DNA of 64,000 nucleotides, from contig PHCE01000004.1 in the NCBI GenBank assembly GCA_002840765.1, positions 71,959-135,958 of the forward strand, in the 5' to 3' direction. The notes under the pieces are model-generated. The model made no database searches, was not told where the DNA came from, and saw only the letters and a program-made list of their open reading frames with translations. This DNA comes from Betaproteobacteria bacterium HGW-Betaproteobacteria-7 (GTDB lineage Bacteria > Pseudomonadota > Gammaproteobacteria > Burkholderiales > Rhodocyclaceae). Positions within the stretch are counted from its first letter, which is position 1. Every line of letters begins with the position of its first letter. Both the position numbers and the translations under genes were made by a program. Positions 18,001-26,614 of this stretch are shown one piece after another.

Positions 18001-19014
18001 CATATCGCTCTCGAAACCGATGAAGCGAGTGGTGACCTGCTCTGGCTGAGTGCCGGCGAAGGCTGGCTCGAAGGGCGTTTCCGCCGGCTGGCCATTCGCC
18101 AGGCGGCGGAAGGTTCACCGGCCACCAACGACAGTCTGATCAACTCCCTGCCGGGCATGAACCTGCTGGTTGACGATTTCCGCATTGGCGACAAGCAACT
18201 GGGCAAGCTTGAAGTCAAGGCGCAAAACACCGGCGGCGCCTGGCGTCTGGATCGCCTCCACCTGCAGAATCCCGACGGTGCACTCAATGGCCAGGCGGTA
18301 TGGCGCAATAGTGGGCAGCACCAGACTGATCTCACTTTCGATCTGACCGCTACCGATGCCGGCAAGCTGCTTGGCCGTCTCGGTTATGTTGACGCCGTTC
18401 GTCGTGGCACCGCCAAGCTGGCCGGCAAGCTGCGCTGGAATGGACCACTGACCGCCATCGATTACCCCTCCTTGAGCGGTCAGATGACGGTTGCCGCCGA
18501 GAAAGGGCAGTTCAACAAACTGGAACCGGGGGTTGGCAAGCTGCTCGGCCTGATCTCGCTGCAGTCGCTGCCGCGTCGCCTGACTCTCGATTTTCGCGAC
18601 ATTTTCAGCGATGGGCTGGCCTTCGACAGCATCGAAAGCAAGCTTGCCGTCGACCAGGGCATCATGCGCACCGTCCAGCCGCTGCGCATATTCGGGCCGG
18701 CGGCGCAGATCGAGATGGAAGGTGTCACCGACCTGCGCCACGAAACCCAGGACCTGCGCGTCGTCGTTCGTCCGGAAGTCGGCGGTCTGGCTGCTGTCGG
18801 TGCTGCGGCGCTGGTCAATCCGGTTGTTGGTGCCGCCGCCCTGGTGGCCAACGCGGTGCTGCAAAAACCGCTGAACCGGCTGTTCAGCTACCGCTATCAT
18901 GTGACCGGGACGTGGAGCGACCCGCTGGTCGCCAAGGCGGGGCAGAGCGAGGAGCCGCTACCTGAATCGCGGCCCGAGTCCCGGCCCGAATCCCCACAAG
19001 GAGCCCGCAAGTGA
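15094..19014 (+). CDS. yhdP: YhdP/AsmA-like large envelope protein (DUF3971-containing)
   Basis: 1306 aa. It has an N-terminal TM anchor followed by long, beta-rich repetitive sequence. The C-terminal region (PLNRLFSYRYHVTGTWSDPLV) is typical of YhdP. The start is TTG/GTG and uncertain by a few codons. Confidence 0.8.
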   Translation: MVTEPRSHTGASDSAVIRLVLYRRLHWLWRLLAWPPVGRGLRLLAWGSFAAWLLFVLLLLVLRYGILPRVGDYKADIERAASRAVGQEVSIGSLEARWRGLNPDLILDDVRVLDAAGEPAFTLARVESVLSWQTLWRLQPTLALLAFDGPVLNVRRDTNGRITVAGIATEGESDPAFGEWLLAQKRIRIRDATIVWEDRLRGAPPLILEDLQLALDNRGRRHRFGVSAAPPAELADRLDIRGEVVGDLGEPLETLAGKVFVQLDYADLAGWRAWVDYPIDLPQGRGALRVWGDLEDGGGALTADLALEEVRLCLGRKLPELDLASLRGRLEGRYKTGEWSVRGRKVELLTRQGVRVTPTDFLVELRHDPESTLINGNASASFLDLGTLAALAAHLPLDARSRELLRQHQPQGRISELRASWGLEGENLRRYSLRAGFAGLGMLPGGYFPGGQGLAGRVDLSEKGGDLIIDADASSLSLPAVFPEPNIAFDSLKLNTHWTVKDQAIDVRLARLAFAGPDASGAAQGQYRFTGDGPGVIDLQATIDRADGRAVWRYMPHAVNADARAWLRRGIVGGRGYDGKLILKGDLRNFPFRDDQGGQFLVTAKAAGARVDYADGWPAIEGIDGEMRFGVGMKVTASKGSILGAQLSAVTAEIPDFESGEEILLVRGVAAGPTSEFLRFIDQSPVAESIDRFTDDMKAKGNGRLDLELDIPLRHALETRMRGQYRFDNNELELLAGLPPLKQVNGQLTLSESSITARDIVGRVFGGPLKVQVRNAAEKVDVLATGTAAIAEVSSHFGWPLVNHLTGSAGWRAEIGIRRRQAEVVVTSDLVGVVSPLPAPLTKSAGDALPLRVERTALEGEREQYRITLGDVGRGTVIRRQEAWESGVLAVGSAEARLPEKGLAIRVAMPQLDADAWRPFLPTAAPAVGSPGEAGLEIALVKLDTPQLNLLGRTYQQVDLALRPHSGGWHIALETDEASGDLLWLSAGEGWLEGRFRRLAIRQAAEGSPATNDSLINSLPGMNLLVDDFRIGDKQLGKLEVKAQNTGGAWRLDRLHLQNPDGALNGQAVWRNSGQHQTDLTFDLTATDAGKLLGRLGYVDAVRRGTAKLAGKLRWNGPLTAIDYPSLSGQMTVAAEKGQFNKLEPGVGKLLGLISLQSLPRRLTLDFRDIFSDGLAFDSIESKLAVDQGIMRTVQPLRIFGPAAQIEMEGVTDLRHETQDLRVVVRPEVGGLAAVGAAALVNPVVGAAALVANAVLQKPLNRLFSYRYHVTGTWSDPLVAKAGQSEEPLPESRPESRPESPQGARK

Positions 19015-19820
19015 ACAAGCAGAATTGTCGCATCGCCGCACTGCAGATGGTTTCCGGACCGCGCGTCGGCGACAACCTGAAGGTCGCCGCCCATCTCGTC
19101 CTCGAAGCCGTGGCCCAGGGCGCCCAACTGGTGGTGTTGCCCGAATACTTTCCGGTGATCGGCGCCGTCGATGCCGATCGCGTCCGCGCCCGCGAGGACT
19201 TCGGCCACGGCCCGATCCAGGACTGGCTGGCGGAAACCGCGGCCCACCACGGCATCTGGATCGTCGCCGGTTCGCTGCCCCTGGCCGCCTCGGTGCCGGA
19301 CAAGATGCGCAATTCGACGCTGGTCTACGACGCGCTGGGCGCCTGCGTCCAGCGCTACGACAAGATCCACCTGTTCGGCTTCCACAAGGGTGATGAAAAG
19401 TACGACGAAGCCGCCTTCATCGAGCCCGGCGACCAGCCCGTCGCCATCGACACCCCCTTCGGCCGCATCGCCCTGTCGATCTGCTACGACCTGCGTTTTC
19501 CCGAGCTCTACCGGGCGTTGGCCCCGGTGGATCTGATCCTTTTGCCGGCCGCCTTCACCGACACCACCGGTCGCGCCCACTGGGAAATCCTGCTGCGCGC
19601 CCGCGCTATCGAGAACCAATGCTATCTGCTGGCGGTCGGACAGGGTGGGCGCCATGAAAGCGGCCGGATGACCCACGGCAACAGCATGATCATCGATCCC
19701 TGGGGCGAAATCCTCGATCGCAAGTTAAAAGGGCCGGGTGTCGTCATTGCTGACCTCGACCATGCCCGCATCGCCGAAATCCGCGAGAGCCTGCCGGCCC
19801 TCGCTCACCGAAAACTTTGA
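19011..19820 (+). CDS. Carbon-nitrogen hydrolase (nitrilase superfamily) protein
   Basis: 269 aa. GTG start overlapping the yhdP stop, preceded by an AAGGAG SD. Catalytic E-K-C context ([23 protein letters not shown]). Confidence 0.85.
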   Translation: MNKQNCRIAALQMVSGPRVGDNLKVAAHLVLEAVAQGAQLVVLPEYFPVIGAVDADRVRAREDFGHGPIQDWLAETAAHHGIWIVAGSLPLAASVPDKMRNSTLVYDALGACVQRYDKIHLFGFHKGDEKYDEAAFIEPGDQPVAIDTPFGRIALSICYDLRFPELYRALAPVDLILLPAAFTDTTGRAHWEILLRARAIENQCYLLAVGQGGRHESGRMTHGNSMIIDPWGEILDRKLKGPGVVIADLDHARIAEIRESLPALAHRKL

Positions 19821-19830
19821 TGGAGTTTCA

Positions 19831-21276
19831 ATGAATCCAGACAGCGCCTTGGCGCAAGCCGAATCCCTCCTTCTCGCCCCCTTCTCGCTGACCGAAGGCG
19901 ACCTGACGCGGACTTTCGGCCAGATACTGAGCCATCAGGTCGACTATTCCGACCTCTATTTCCAGTACTCGCGTTCCGAGGCCTGGAGCCTCGACGAGGG
20001 CATCGTCAAATCAGGCAGCTTCAACATCGACCAGGGCGTGGGGGTGCGCGCCATTTCCGGTGAGAAGACGGCCTTCGCCTACTCCGACGACATCAGCGCC
20101 CGCGCCCTCGGCGACGCAGCCTCCGCCGTCCGCGCCATTGCCGCTGCCGGTCAGGCGGGCAAGCTGCCGAAGCTGAAGCATGGCGCGGCGGCGCACCAGT
20201 TGTATGTGCCGCACGACCCGATCGCCTCGCTGCCGGCCGAGGCCAAGGTCAAGTTGCTCGAACGCCTGGAAGGCTTTGCCCGTGCCATCGATTCGCGCGT
20301 CGTCCAGGTCATGGCCTCGCTCGCCGGCGAGTACGAGGTGATCCTCGTAGCCGGTTCCGACGGCCGCCTGGCCGCCGACATCCGGCCGCTGGTGCGTTGT
20401 TCCATCTCGGTCATCGTCGAGGAGAACGGCAAGCGCGAGCAGGGCTCCGCCGGCGGCGGCGGCCGTTTCGACTTCGCCTACTTTGACGACGAAGTGCTGC
20501 GCCGCTATGCCGGCGAGGCCGTGCACCAGGCGCTCACCAACCTTCACGCCGACGCCGCGCCGGCCGGCCAGATGAGCGTCGTCCTCGGTTCCGGCTGGCC
20601 CGGTATCTTGTTGCACGAAGCCGTTGGCCACGGCCTGGAAGGCGACTTCAACCGCAAGGGCAGCTCGGCCTTCACCGGTCGTGTCGGTCAGCGCGTCGCC
20701 GCCAAGGGCGTCACCGTCATAGACGACGGCACCATCGCCGACCGCCGCGGCTCGCTCAACATCGACGACGAAGGCAACCCGACCCGGCGTACCGTGCTGA
20801 TCGAAGACGGCATCCTCAAGGGCTACATGCAGGACAGCCTGAACGCCCGCCTGATGGGCGTTGCCCCGACCGGCAACGGCCGGCGCGAATCCTTCGCCCA
20901 CCTGCCGCTGCCACGGATGACCAACACCATGATGCTGGCCGGCCAGCACGACCCACAGGAGATCATCAGCTCGGTGAAGAAGGGTATCTACGCTGCCAAC
21001 TTCGGTGGCGGTCAGGTCGACATCACCAGCGGCAAGTTCGTCTTCTCGATGAGCGAGGCCTACCTGATCGAGGACGGCAAGATCACCCGGCCGATCAAGG
21101 GGGCGACGCTGATCGGCAACGGCCCGGATGCGATGACCCGCATCTCGATGATCGGCAACGATCTGAAGCTTGATCCCGGCGTCGGCACCTGCGGCAAGGA
21201 CGGGCAGAGCGTGCCGGTTGGTGTCGGCCAGCCGACCCTGCGTATAGATGGACTGACGGTGGGCGGAACGGCATAA
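19831..21276 (+). CDS. tldD: Metalloprotease TldD
   Basis: Start at [11 protein letters not shown], preceded by a [15 protein letters not shown] zinc motif. Confidence 0.9.
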   Translation: MNPDSALAQAESLLLAPFSLTEGDLTRTFGQILSHQVDYSDLYFQYSRSEAWSLDEGIVKSGSFNIDQGVGVRAISGEKTAFAYSDDISARALGDAASAVRAIAAAGQAGKLPKLKHGAAAHQLYVPHDPIASLPAEAKVKLLERLEGFARAIDSRVVQVMASLAGEYEVILVAGSDGRLAADIRPLVRCSISVIVEENGKREQGSAGGGGRFDFAYFDDEVLRRYAGEAVHQALTNLHADAAPAGQMSVVLGSGWPGILLHEAVGHGLEGDFNRKGSSAFTGRVGQRVAAKGVTVIDDGTIADRRGSLNIDDEGNPTRRTVLIEDGILKGYMQDSLNARLMGVAPTGNGRRESFAHLPLPRMTNTMMLAGQHDPQEIISSVKKGIYAANFGGGQVDITSGKFVFSMSEAYLIEDGKITRPIKGATLIGNGPDAMTRISMIGNDLKLDPGVGTCGKDGQSVPVGVGQPTLRIDGLTVGGTA

Positions 21277-21298
21277 TGTCCGCACTTTTTTCAAGGGA

Positions 21299-21925
21299 AT
21301 GATGATGCGTGGATCACTCGTGCTGGCCGGCCTTTTCGTTTCCGCCTCGGTGTTCGCCCAGACCCCGTCGCCGCAGGAACGCCTGAAGGAGATTTCCGCC
21401 GATCCGGTCGCCCTGCGTGCTGCGGTGGACGCCGGCAAGAGAGTTACTTTCTTTTGCGCCAACTGTCACGGCGACGACGGCATCAGCAAGACGCCGGACG
21501 TTCCCAACCTGGCCGGCCAGAACCCCGCCTACCTGCTGGAACAGATTCGCAAGTTCGGTGCAGGCGAACGCAAGGACCCGTTCATGCAAGGGCTGATCAA
21601 GGTGCTCAAGGACGAAGAGCGCGTTCAGGTCGCCCATTACTACGCCAGCAAGACGGTGCCGCCTTCCAAAGGCAATCCGGCACTGATCCCCCATGGCAAG
21701 GAGTTGTTCACCAAGCTCTGCGTCCGTTGCCATGGCGAAAATGCCCGGGGTGGCGATCTCTATGCGCGACTCGCCGGCCAGAAGGTGCCTTACCTGCAGG
21801 TGACCATCCAGCGCTACCGTGATGGCACCGGCATCCGCAACAACCAGTTGATGGCCATCGCCACTGCCCCGCTGAAAAACGACGACATCACGGCCATCGC
21901 CAACTACCTGACGCAGCTGCCGTAA
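21299..21925 (+). CDS. Diheme cytochrome c4
   Basis: Signal peptide, two CxxCH motifs (CANCH, CVRCH) and Met ligands in each half. The start may be the 2nd or 3rd ATG (21302 or 21305). Confidence 0.85.
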   Translation: MMMRGSLVLAGLFVSASVFAQTPSPQERLKEISADPVALRAAVDAGKRVTFFCANCHGDDGISKTPDVPNLAGQNPAYLLEQIRKFGAGERKDPFMQGLIKVLKDEERVQVAHYYASKTVPPSKGNPALIPHGKELFTKLCVRCHGENARGGDLYARLAGQKVPYLQVTIQRYRDGTGIRNNQLMAIATAPLKNDDITAIANYLTQLP

Positions 21926-22020
21926 ACGTGGCCAATGATGCCGATTGCCGCCGGCGATCGGCATCTGCCCCGGGCATCCGGTAAAATCGGCGGCTTCGCA
22001 CTTTCAGCACGAGGCAGGCC

Positions 22021-23100
22021 ATGACGCCGCAGAACAAACCCAACACCGACGACGTTCGCATCAAGGAGATCAAGGAACTGGTCCCACCGGCTCACGTCTT
22101 CCGCGAATACCCGGTATCCAGCCGGGCCGCGCAGACCACCTACAACGCCCGGCAAGCCATCCACCGCATCCTGCACGGCGCCGACGATCGTCTGCTGGTC
22201 GTCATCGGTCCCTGTTCCATCCACGACTACGACGTCGCCATGGACTACGCGAAGCGCCTGGCCAAGGAAGCAGACAAGTACCAGGAAGACCTCGTTGTGC
22301 TGATGCGCGTCTATTTTGAGAAGCCGCGGACGACGGTTGGCTGGAAGGGGCTGATCAACGATCCGCGCCTCGACAACACCTTCCGCATCAATGAAGGTAT
22401 CCGCCTGGCCCGCCGCATCCTGCTCGAGATCAACGAGCTCGACCTACCCTGCGCCACCGAATTCCTCGACACCATCACCCCGCAATACACCGCCGACCTG
22501 ATCGCCTGGGGCGCCATCGGCGCCCGCACCACCGAGTCGCAGGTGCACCGCGAACTGGCCTCCGGTCTTTCCTGTCCGGTCGGCTTCAAGAACGGTACTG
22601 ACGGCAACATGCGCATCGCCGTCGATGCCATCCGCTCCGCCAATTCGCCGCATCACTTCCTGTCGGTGACCAAGACCGGCCACACCGCCATCGTCTCGAC
22701 CATGGGCAACGAGGACTGCCACGTCATCCTGCGCGGCGGCAAGGAACCCAATTTCGACCCGGCCAGCGTGGACGCCGCCTGCCAGGAAATCGCCAAGGCC
22801 GGCCTCGCCGCCCGGCTCATGGTCGATTTCTCCCACGGCAACAGCCGCAAGCAATTCAAGCTGCAGATGGAAGTCAGCGACAGCGTCGCCGCACAGTTGG
22901 CCGCCGGCGAGGAGCGCATCGTCGGCGTCATGGTCGAATCGCACCTCGTTGAGGGACGTCAGGATCTGCTGCCGGAAAAGGAATTGACCTACGGTCAAAG
23001 CATCACCGACGCCTGCATCAACTGGGACGACAGCCTCAAGGTGCTGGATCAACTGGCCACCGCCGTCCGCGCCCGGCGGGTGGCCGAAGCGGCGGAGTAA
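22021..23100 (+). CDS. aroG: 3-deoxy-7-phosphoheptulonate (DAHP) synthase, class I
   Basis: 359 aa: DDVRIKEIKELVPP, GPCSIHD, KPRTTVGWKGLINDP. Which feedback isoenzyme it is cannot be told from sequence alone. Confidence 0.9.
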   Translation: MTPQNKPNTDDVRIKEIKELVPPAHVFREYPVSSRAAQTTYNARQAIHRILHGADDRLLVVIGPCSIHDYDVAMDYAKRLAKEADKYQEDLVVLMRVYFEKPRTTVGWKGLINDPRLDNTFRINEGIRLARRILLEINELDLPCATEFLDTITPQYTADLIAWGAIGARTTESQVHRELASGLSCPVGFKNGTDGNMRIAVDAIRSANSPHHFLSVTKTGHTAIVSTMGNEDCHVILRGGKEPNFDPASVDAACQEIAKAGLAARLMVDFSHGNSRKQFKLQMEVSDSVAAQLAAGEERIVGVMVESHLVEGRQDLLPEKELTYGQSITDACINWDDSLKVLDQLATAVRARRVAEAAE

Positions 23101-23130
23101 GGCCGCAAGTCTAGCCTTTGCCGCAGGCTG

Positions 23131-23169
23131 CGTATCAGGCAGATTCTGAAGAGAGTCTCGCCTGATACG
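23131..23169. repeat. Long hairpin at the left edge of the AT-richer island
   Basis: CGTATCAGGC / GCCTGATACG forms a 10-bp stem. It extends inward through AGATTC / GAGTCT (one G-T wobble). No T-run follows. Confidence 0.5.
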
Positions 23170-23196
23170 AGGCCCGTCAGTAGGGAGGTCCCTGAA

Positions 23197-23478
23197 TTGG
23201 GGCCTATGATCCCCATGCTGGGGAACGTAAGTGGTTTGCTCAGGTCAGCCGGTCGGAAATTGCGCGATGTCCGGAATTCAGCACTCTCCCTCGATAGCCG
23301 CTTAATCCTCGCCTACGATGCGGCTCACTCCCTCGCAGTGGCGGCCCAGCAAGAATTTCGTCCTGGCTCACTTTTTTCGACGACGATAAAGTCTCCCTCC
23401 ACAAGACTTTGGCGGTTCAAGATGCACCGGCACCAGATTGCCCGGGATGCTTATGACAAAGTACTATCGTTGGCCTGA
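23197..23478 (+). CDS. Hypothetical small protein, possibly a HEPN-like fragment
   Basis: 93 aa. TTG start 8 nt after an AGGGAGG SD. SLDSRLILAYDAAHSLAVAA resembles the helical core of HEPN-like TA components. I recalled no clear family. Confidence 0.3.
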   Translation: MGPMIPMLGNVSGLLRSAGRKLRDVRNSALSLDSRLILAYDAAHSLAVAAQQEFRPGSLFSTTIKSPSTRLWRFKMHRHQIARDAYDKVLSLA

Positions 23479-23500
23479 CCGTCAACTAGTGGAGCCCCTC

Positions 23501-24049
23501 ATGCATCTGCCAGGAATACATTGGCCACTTGAAGCCAACACCATTCGCAAGAACTCGCTTGCCAACACCTTTGGCATGGTCCGAAGTGGCGGCCAGCGTG
23601 CGCACCAGGGCTGGGATCTTCGCGCCTATCCAGGAACCCGCTGCTTTGCCATTGCCGATGGCGAAATCGTTTTCGTTGGCTGGCGCGGCGACTACGGAAG
23701 AATCATCAGTTTGCAATTCAGGCATGGGGGGCGAACACTGTTTGCAACCTATGCTCATCTCTCCCTGCCACTCGTTACAACCGGGGAGCGGGTAACGGCT
23801 GGCCACTGGATAGCGCTTACGGGCAATACAGGAAACGCCGAATCGATGACCGGAGAAGATCATCACCTCCACTTTGAGGTCAGGACGATAGTTCATCCGG
23901 GACAGGGGGTGGCCGGGCGTATCGATCCACGGGAAATCTATGGTGTCGTTCCGCTTGGCGCGAGCTATTACGACACTCGCCCCGCCATGGCTCAACAAAT
24001 GGGATCCAAGGCCCCCGGACTCAAGATCAATGGAATGAATGTGCTATGA
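23501..24049 (+). CDS. M23 (LytM-type) peptidoglycan metallopeptidase without a signal peptide
   Basis: Start at MHLPGIHW, 6 nt after a GGAG SD. M23 zinc motifs HQGWD (HxxxD) and HHLHFE (HxH), with GDYGRIISL and ALTGNTGN between them. The N-terminus has no hydrophobic stretch. Confidence 0.8.
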   Translation: MHLPGIHWPLEANTIRKNSLANTFGMVRSGGQRAHQGWDLRAYPGTRCFAIADGEIVFVGWRGDYGRIISLQFRHGGRTLFATYAHLSLPLVTTGERVTAGHWIALTGNTGNAESMTGEDHHLHFEVRTIVHPGQGVAGRIDPREIYGVVPLGASYYDTRPAMAQQMGSKAPGLKINGMNVL

Positions 24050-24567
24050 GCCTCAAGATACAGATCGCTCAGGTCTGCACACTCGGCGTACTAAGCATGC
24101 CGCTACTGGCCGGGACAACGTCTGGCGAGCTGCATCAGACGCTGATTGGACAGGAATGGGGAGAAAACACGGAAACGCATGTGTTGCTCGATCACTGCAC
24201 CTATCAAAAACGATTCGATCTGCAGCGAAAGCAAAAGCAGCTGCAAGGATTAAGCACACATTCCCTGATCTGCGATGGCCATTACGTAATTGTGTTCACA
24301 GTGGCTGAGGCTGGAGGCGGTAGCCGCATTCTCGACGCGCTGACCATGCCCAGCCTCCGGCGCGGCGAGAGTCTGTTGCACCCAGGAGAGTGCGAACTGG
24401 GGGGTAACAGCGACACCGATTTCTATGCAGTCGCCCGTTTCGGACGACGCGAAAGCGTCAATCGAAAAACAGGGCTCCGAGCAGCGTGGGTTCCCGATCC
24501 GGAAGCGGGGAGAATTCGTCCGCTATCCACACGTAATGTTGTGTGCGGGCGGCCAGTCCAGCCTTGA
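24046..24567 (+). CDS. Secreted Cys-containing hypothetical protein (candidate immunity partner of the M23 peptidase)
   Basis: 173 aa. ATGA overlap with the M23 stop. Sec-type signal MSLKIQIAQVCTLGVLSMPLLAG. Four Cys residues in the mature part. I recognised no family. Confidence 0.55.
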   Translation: MSLKIQIAQVCTLGVLSMPLLAGTTSGELHQTLIGQEWGENTETHVLLDHCTYQKRFDLQRKQKQLQGLSTHSLICDGHYVIVFTVAEAGGGSRILDALTMPSLRRGESLLHPGECELGGNSDTDFYAVARFGRRESVNRKTGLRAAWVPDPEAGRIRPLSTRNVVCGRPVQP

Positions 24568-24698
24568 AGGTTGGGTTCGTTGGGTTTTGCTCAAGTAAAC
24601 TTCAAGCGTTTGCCATGTCCATCGCCTATTCAAGAGCGTGAATCTACTCCTACTGACGCGAATAGAATTTTGGCGTTGTGATTTGATGGACTGGGCAG

Positions 24699-24797
24699 GT
24701 GACCTACGAACAAATCCTGGCTGCGGCATTGACACTCGAAGCCCATCAGCGCGCTGACTTGGCCGATTTGCTGTGGATAACAGTTCGCGCGAGTTGA
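24699..24797 (+). pseudogene. Truncated remnant of an addiction-module antitoxin (TIGR02574-like family)
   Basis: The GTG-initiated 32-codon frame VTYEQILAAALTLEAHQRADLADLLWITVRAS matches the N-terminal signature of that family (..EQLLxEALxLxxxxRAxLAxxLLxSL..). It stops early, and no partner toxin gene follows. Confidence 0.35.
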
Positions 24798-24852
24798 TCT
24801 GTGGAGCGGAGAGTCGGGGCGGCCGCTGATGTTTCTTCCCTGATGCCGTGCC

Positions 24853-25674
24853 TCAATCCTCGAACCGCGGCGCCCGCTTCTCCCGCTGCGCTGCAATTGC
24901 CTCATTGAGGTCGGCGGAGAGCAGGTTATCGGCGTTCCACTCGGCGACGAATTCGAGGCCTTCGGCAACCGTGTGGTCGCGGCTGTAGTTGAGCACCTGC
25001 TTGATGCCGCGGATGGCTTGCGGCGATTTACTGGCGATGCGCCGGGCGAGGTCGCGGACGCCGGCGTGCAGTTCTTCCGGCGTGGCGTAGCGGTGGTTGA
25101 TCAGGCCGATGAACTGCGCTTCCTCGGCGTCGACGTTGCGGCCGGTGTAGGCCAGTTCGCGGGTCAGGCCTTCGCCGATCAGGTGCGGCAGGCGTTGCAG
25201 GGTGCCGACGTCGGCGACCATGGCGAGGTCGATTTCCTTGATTGAGAAGACGGCATCGGCGCTGGCGTAGCGCATGTCGCAGGCGCTGACGAGATCGAGG
25301 GCACCGCCGACGCAGGCGCCGTGGATGGCGGCGAGCACCGGCTTGCGGCAGCGTTCAAGGGCGGTCAGGCAGTCCTGCAGGTCGTGGATCAGCTGGCGCA
25401 GGGTTTCGCGCCGCTGCGTCGGTTCGGGATGGGCGATGCGCTGCTGGATGCTGCCGAGCATGGCGAGGTCGATGCCGGCGCAGAAGTTCTTGCCGGCCCC
25501 GCTGAGGATGACGACGTGGACTTCCGGCGTGGTGTCGGCCCAGATGCAGGCCTGGCGGATTTCCTGCCACATCGCGTCGTTCATGGCGTTGGACTTGTCC
25601 GGCCGGTTGAGGCGGATGTCGGCAATGCCCTGGTCGAGGCTGAGGGCGAGGCTGGAATAGACGGGCAGATCCAT
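24853..25674 (-). CDS. Enoyl-CoA hydratase/isomerase (crotonase) family protein, dienoyl-CoA-isomerase-like
   Basis: 273 aa: NRPDKSNAMN, GAGKNFCAGIDL, AIHGACVGGALDLVSACDMRYA. Confidence 0.9.
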   Translation of the reverse strand: MDLPVYSSLALSLDQGIADIRLNRPDKSNAMNDAMWQEIRQACIWADTTPEVHVVILSGAGKNFCAGIDLAMLGSIQQRIAHPEPTQRRETLRQLIHDLQDCLTALERCRKPVLAAIHGACVGGALDLVSACDMRYASADAVFSIKEIDLAMVADVGTLQRLPHLIGEGLTRELAYTGRNVDAEEAQFIGLINHRYATPEELHAGVRDLARRIASKSPQAIRGIKQVLNYSRDHTVAEGLEFVAEWNADNLLSADLNEAIAAQREKRAPRFED

Positions 25675-25694
25675 GGGGCGCCTCGCTTTCGGGC

Positions 25695-25979
25695 TTAGTC
25701 GGTAAAGGTCAGCAGGTCGAGGTCAGCGGCCTGGCGGCGCAGCGGGATCAGCGCCTGGTAGGCCGGCGAGGCGTGCCAGCCATCGGCAGCTGCTTGATCG
25801 GGAAAGCGGATGACAACGGTGTCGGTGTGCCGGTGCCGGCCGTCGAGCACTTCGGCCAGTTGGCCGCGGAACAGCAGTTCGGCGCCCCAGGGGGCGAGCG
25901 TGGCCGGCACCTGGGCGCGGTACTGCGCCCACTTTTCCTCGTCCTTGACGGTGATGTGGCCGATCACACAGGCGCTCAT
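25695..25979 (-). CDS. DUF1330 domain-containing protein
   Basis: Start at MSACVIGHITVKDEEKWAQY, with an ATGA overlap with the upstream gene stop. The dimeric alpha/beta-barrel-like sequence is typical of DUF1330. Confidence 0.7.
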   Translation of the reverse strand: MSACVIGHITVKDEEKWAQYRAQVPATLAPWGAELLFRGQLAEVLDGRHRHTDTVVIRFPDQAAADGWHASPAYQALIPLRRQAADLDLLTFTD

Positions 25980-26551
25980 GCGTTTTTGCCCTTCTGCCAC
26001 AGCACGTCGCCGCGGCCGCCGGCGCGGTTCAGCGCCCGGCCGAGGATGAACAGCAGGTCGGAGAGGCGGTTGATGTAGCGGCGGGCCGGGTCGGACAGCG
26101 GCTCGGCATTGTGCAGGCGGACCATGGCGCGTTCGGCGCGCCGGCAGACGGTGCGCGACAGGTGGGCGAGCGCCGCCGGCCGGGTGCCGCCGGGCAGAAT
26201 GAATTCCTTGAGCATCGGCAACTCGGCGTTGAAGGCTTCGGCTTGTTCTTCGAGGCGGGCAACCTGGGCTTCCTTCATGACTTCCATGCCGGGCAGGCAG
26301 AGTTCGCCGCCGAGGTCGAAGAGGTCGTTCTGCACGTCGAGCAGGGCGCTGCGCACGGCCGTCGGCATGTCTTCGCAGAGCAGCACGCCGAGGCTGGAAT
26401 TGAGTTCGTCGATTTCACCAATGGCGTCGATGCGCAGGCTGTCCTTGGTGGTACGGCTGCCGTCGCCGAGGCCGGTGGTGCCGGCGTCGCCGGTCCGGGT
26501 GACGATCTTCGACAGGCGGTTGCCCTTGCGTTCTTGTTCGTTCTCGCTCAC
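25976..26551 (-). CDS. ATP:cob(I)alamin adenosyltransferase, PduO type
   Basis: 191 aa: IVTRTGDAGTTGL, IGEIDELNS, FILPGG, HLSRTVCRRAER. Confidence 0.9.
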   Translation of the reverse strand: MSENEQERKGNRLSKIVTRTGDAGTTGLGDGSRTTKDSLRIDAIGEIDELNSSLGVLLCEDMPTAVRSALLDVQNDLFDLGGELCLPGMEVMKEAQVARLEEQAEAFNAELPMLKEFILPGGTRPAALAHLSRTVCRRAERAMVRLHNAEPLSDPARRYINRLSDLLFILGRALNRAGGRGDVLWQKGKNA

Positions 26552-26614
26552 GTTGCGCTCTCCGGTTAAGTGGGCGGATTATACTTTTCGCCCCGCCTAC
26601 AGACTGTCGCCGTC

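Noticed and set aside
18964-18993. Tandem 12-nt repeat encoding PESRPESRPES at the YhdP C-terminus
   Set aside because: This is a short low-complexity tail inside a CDS, probably slippage-derived. There is no indication of an independent function.
21941-21969. Hairpin GATGCCGAT / ATCGGCATC after the cytochrome c4 gene as a terminator
   Set aside because: The stem is 9 bp, but no T-run follows and the loop is 11 nt. That is too weak to call an intrinsic terminator.
23101-24852. Calling the AT-richer segment a mobile element or genomic island
   Set aside because: I found no integrase, transposase, flanking tRNA or convincing direct repeats. Only weak GAGAGTC / CCTGAT similarities exist at the two edges. 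I therefore report it as a compositional anomaly with accessory genes, not as a mobile_element feature.
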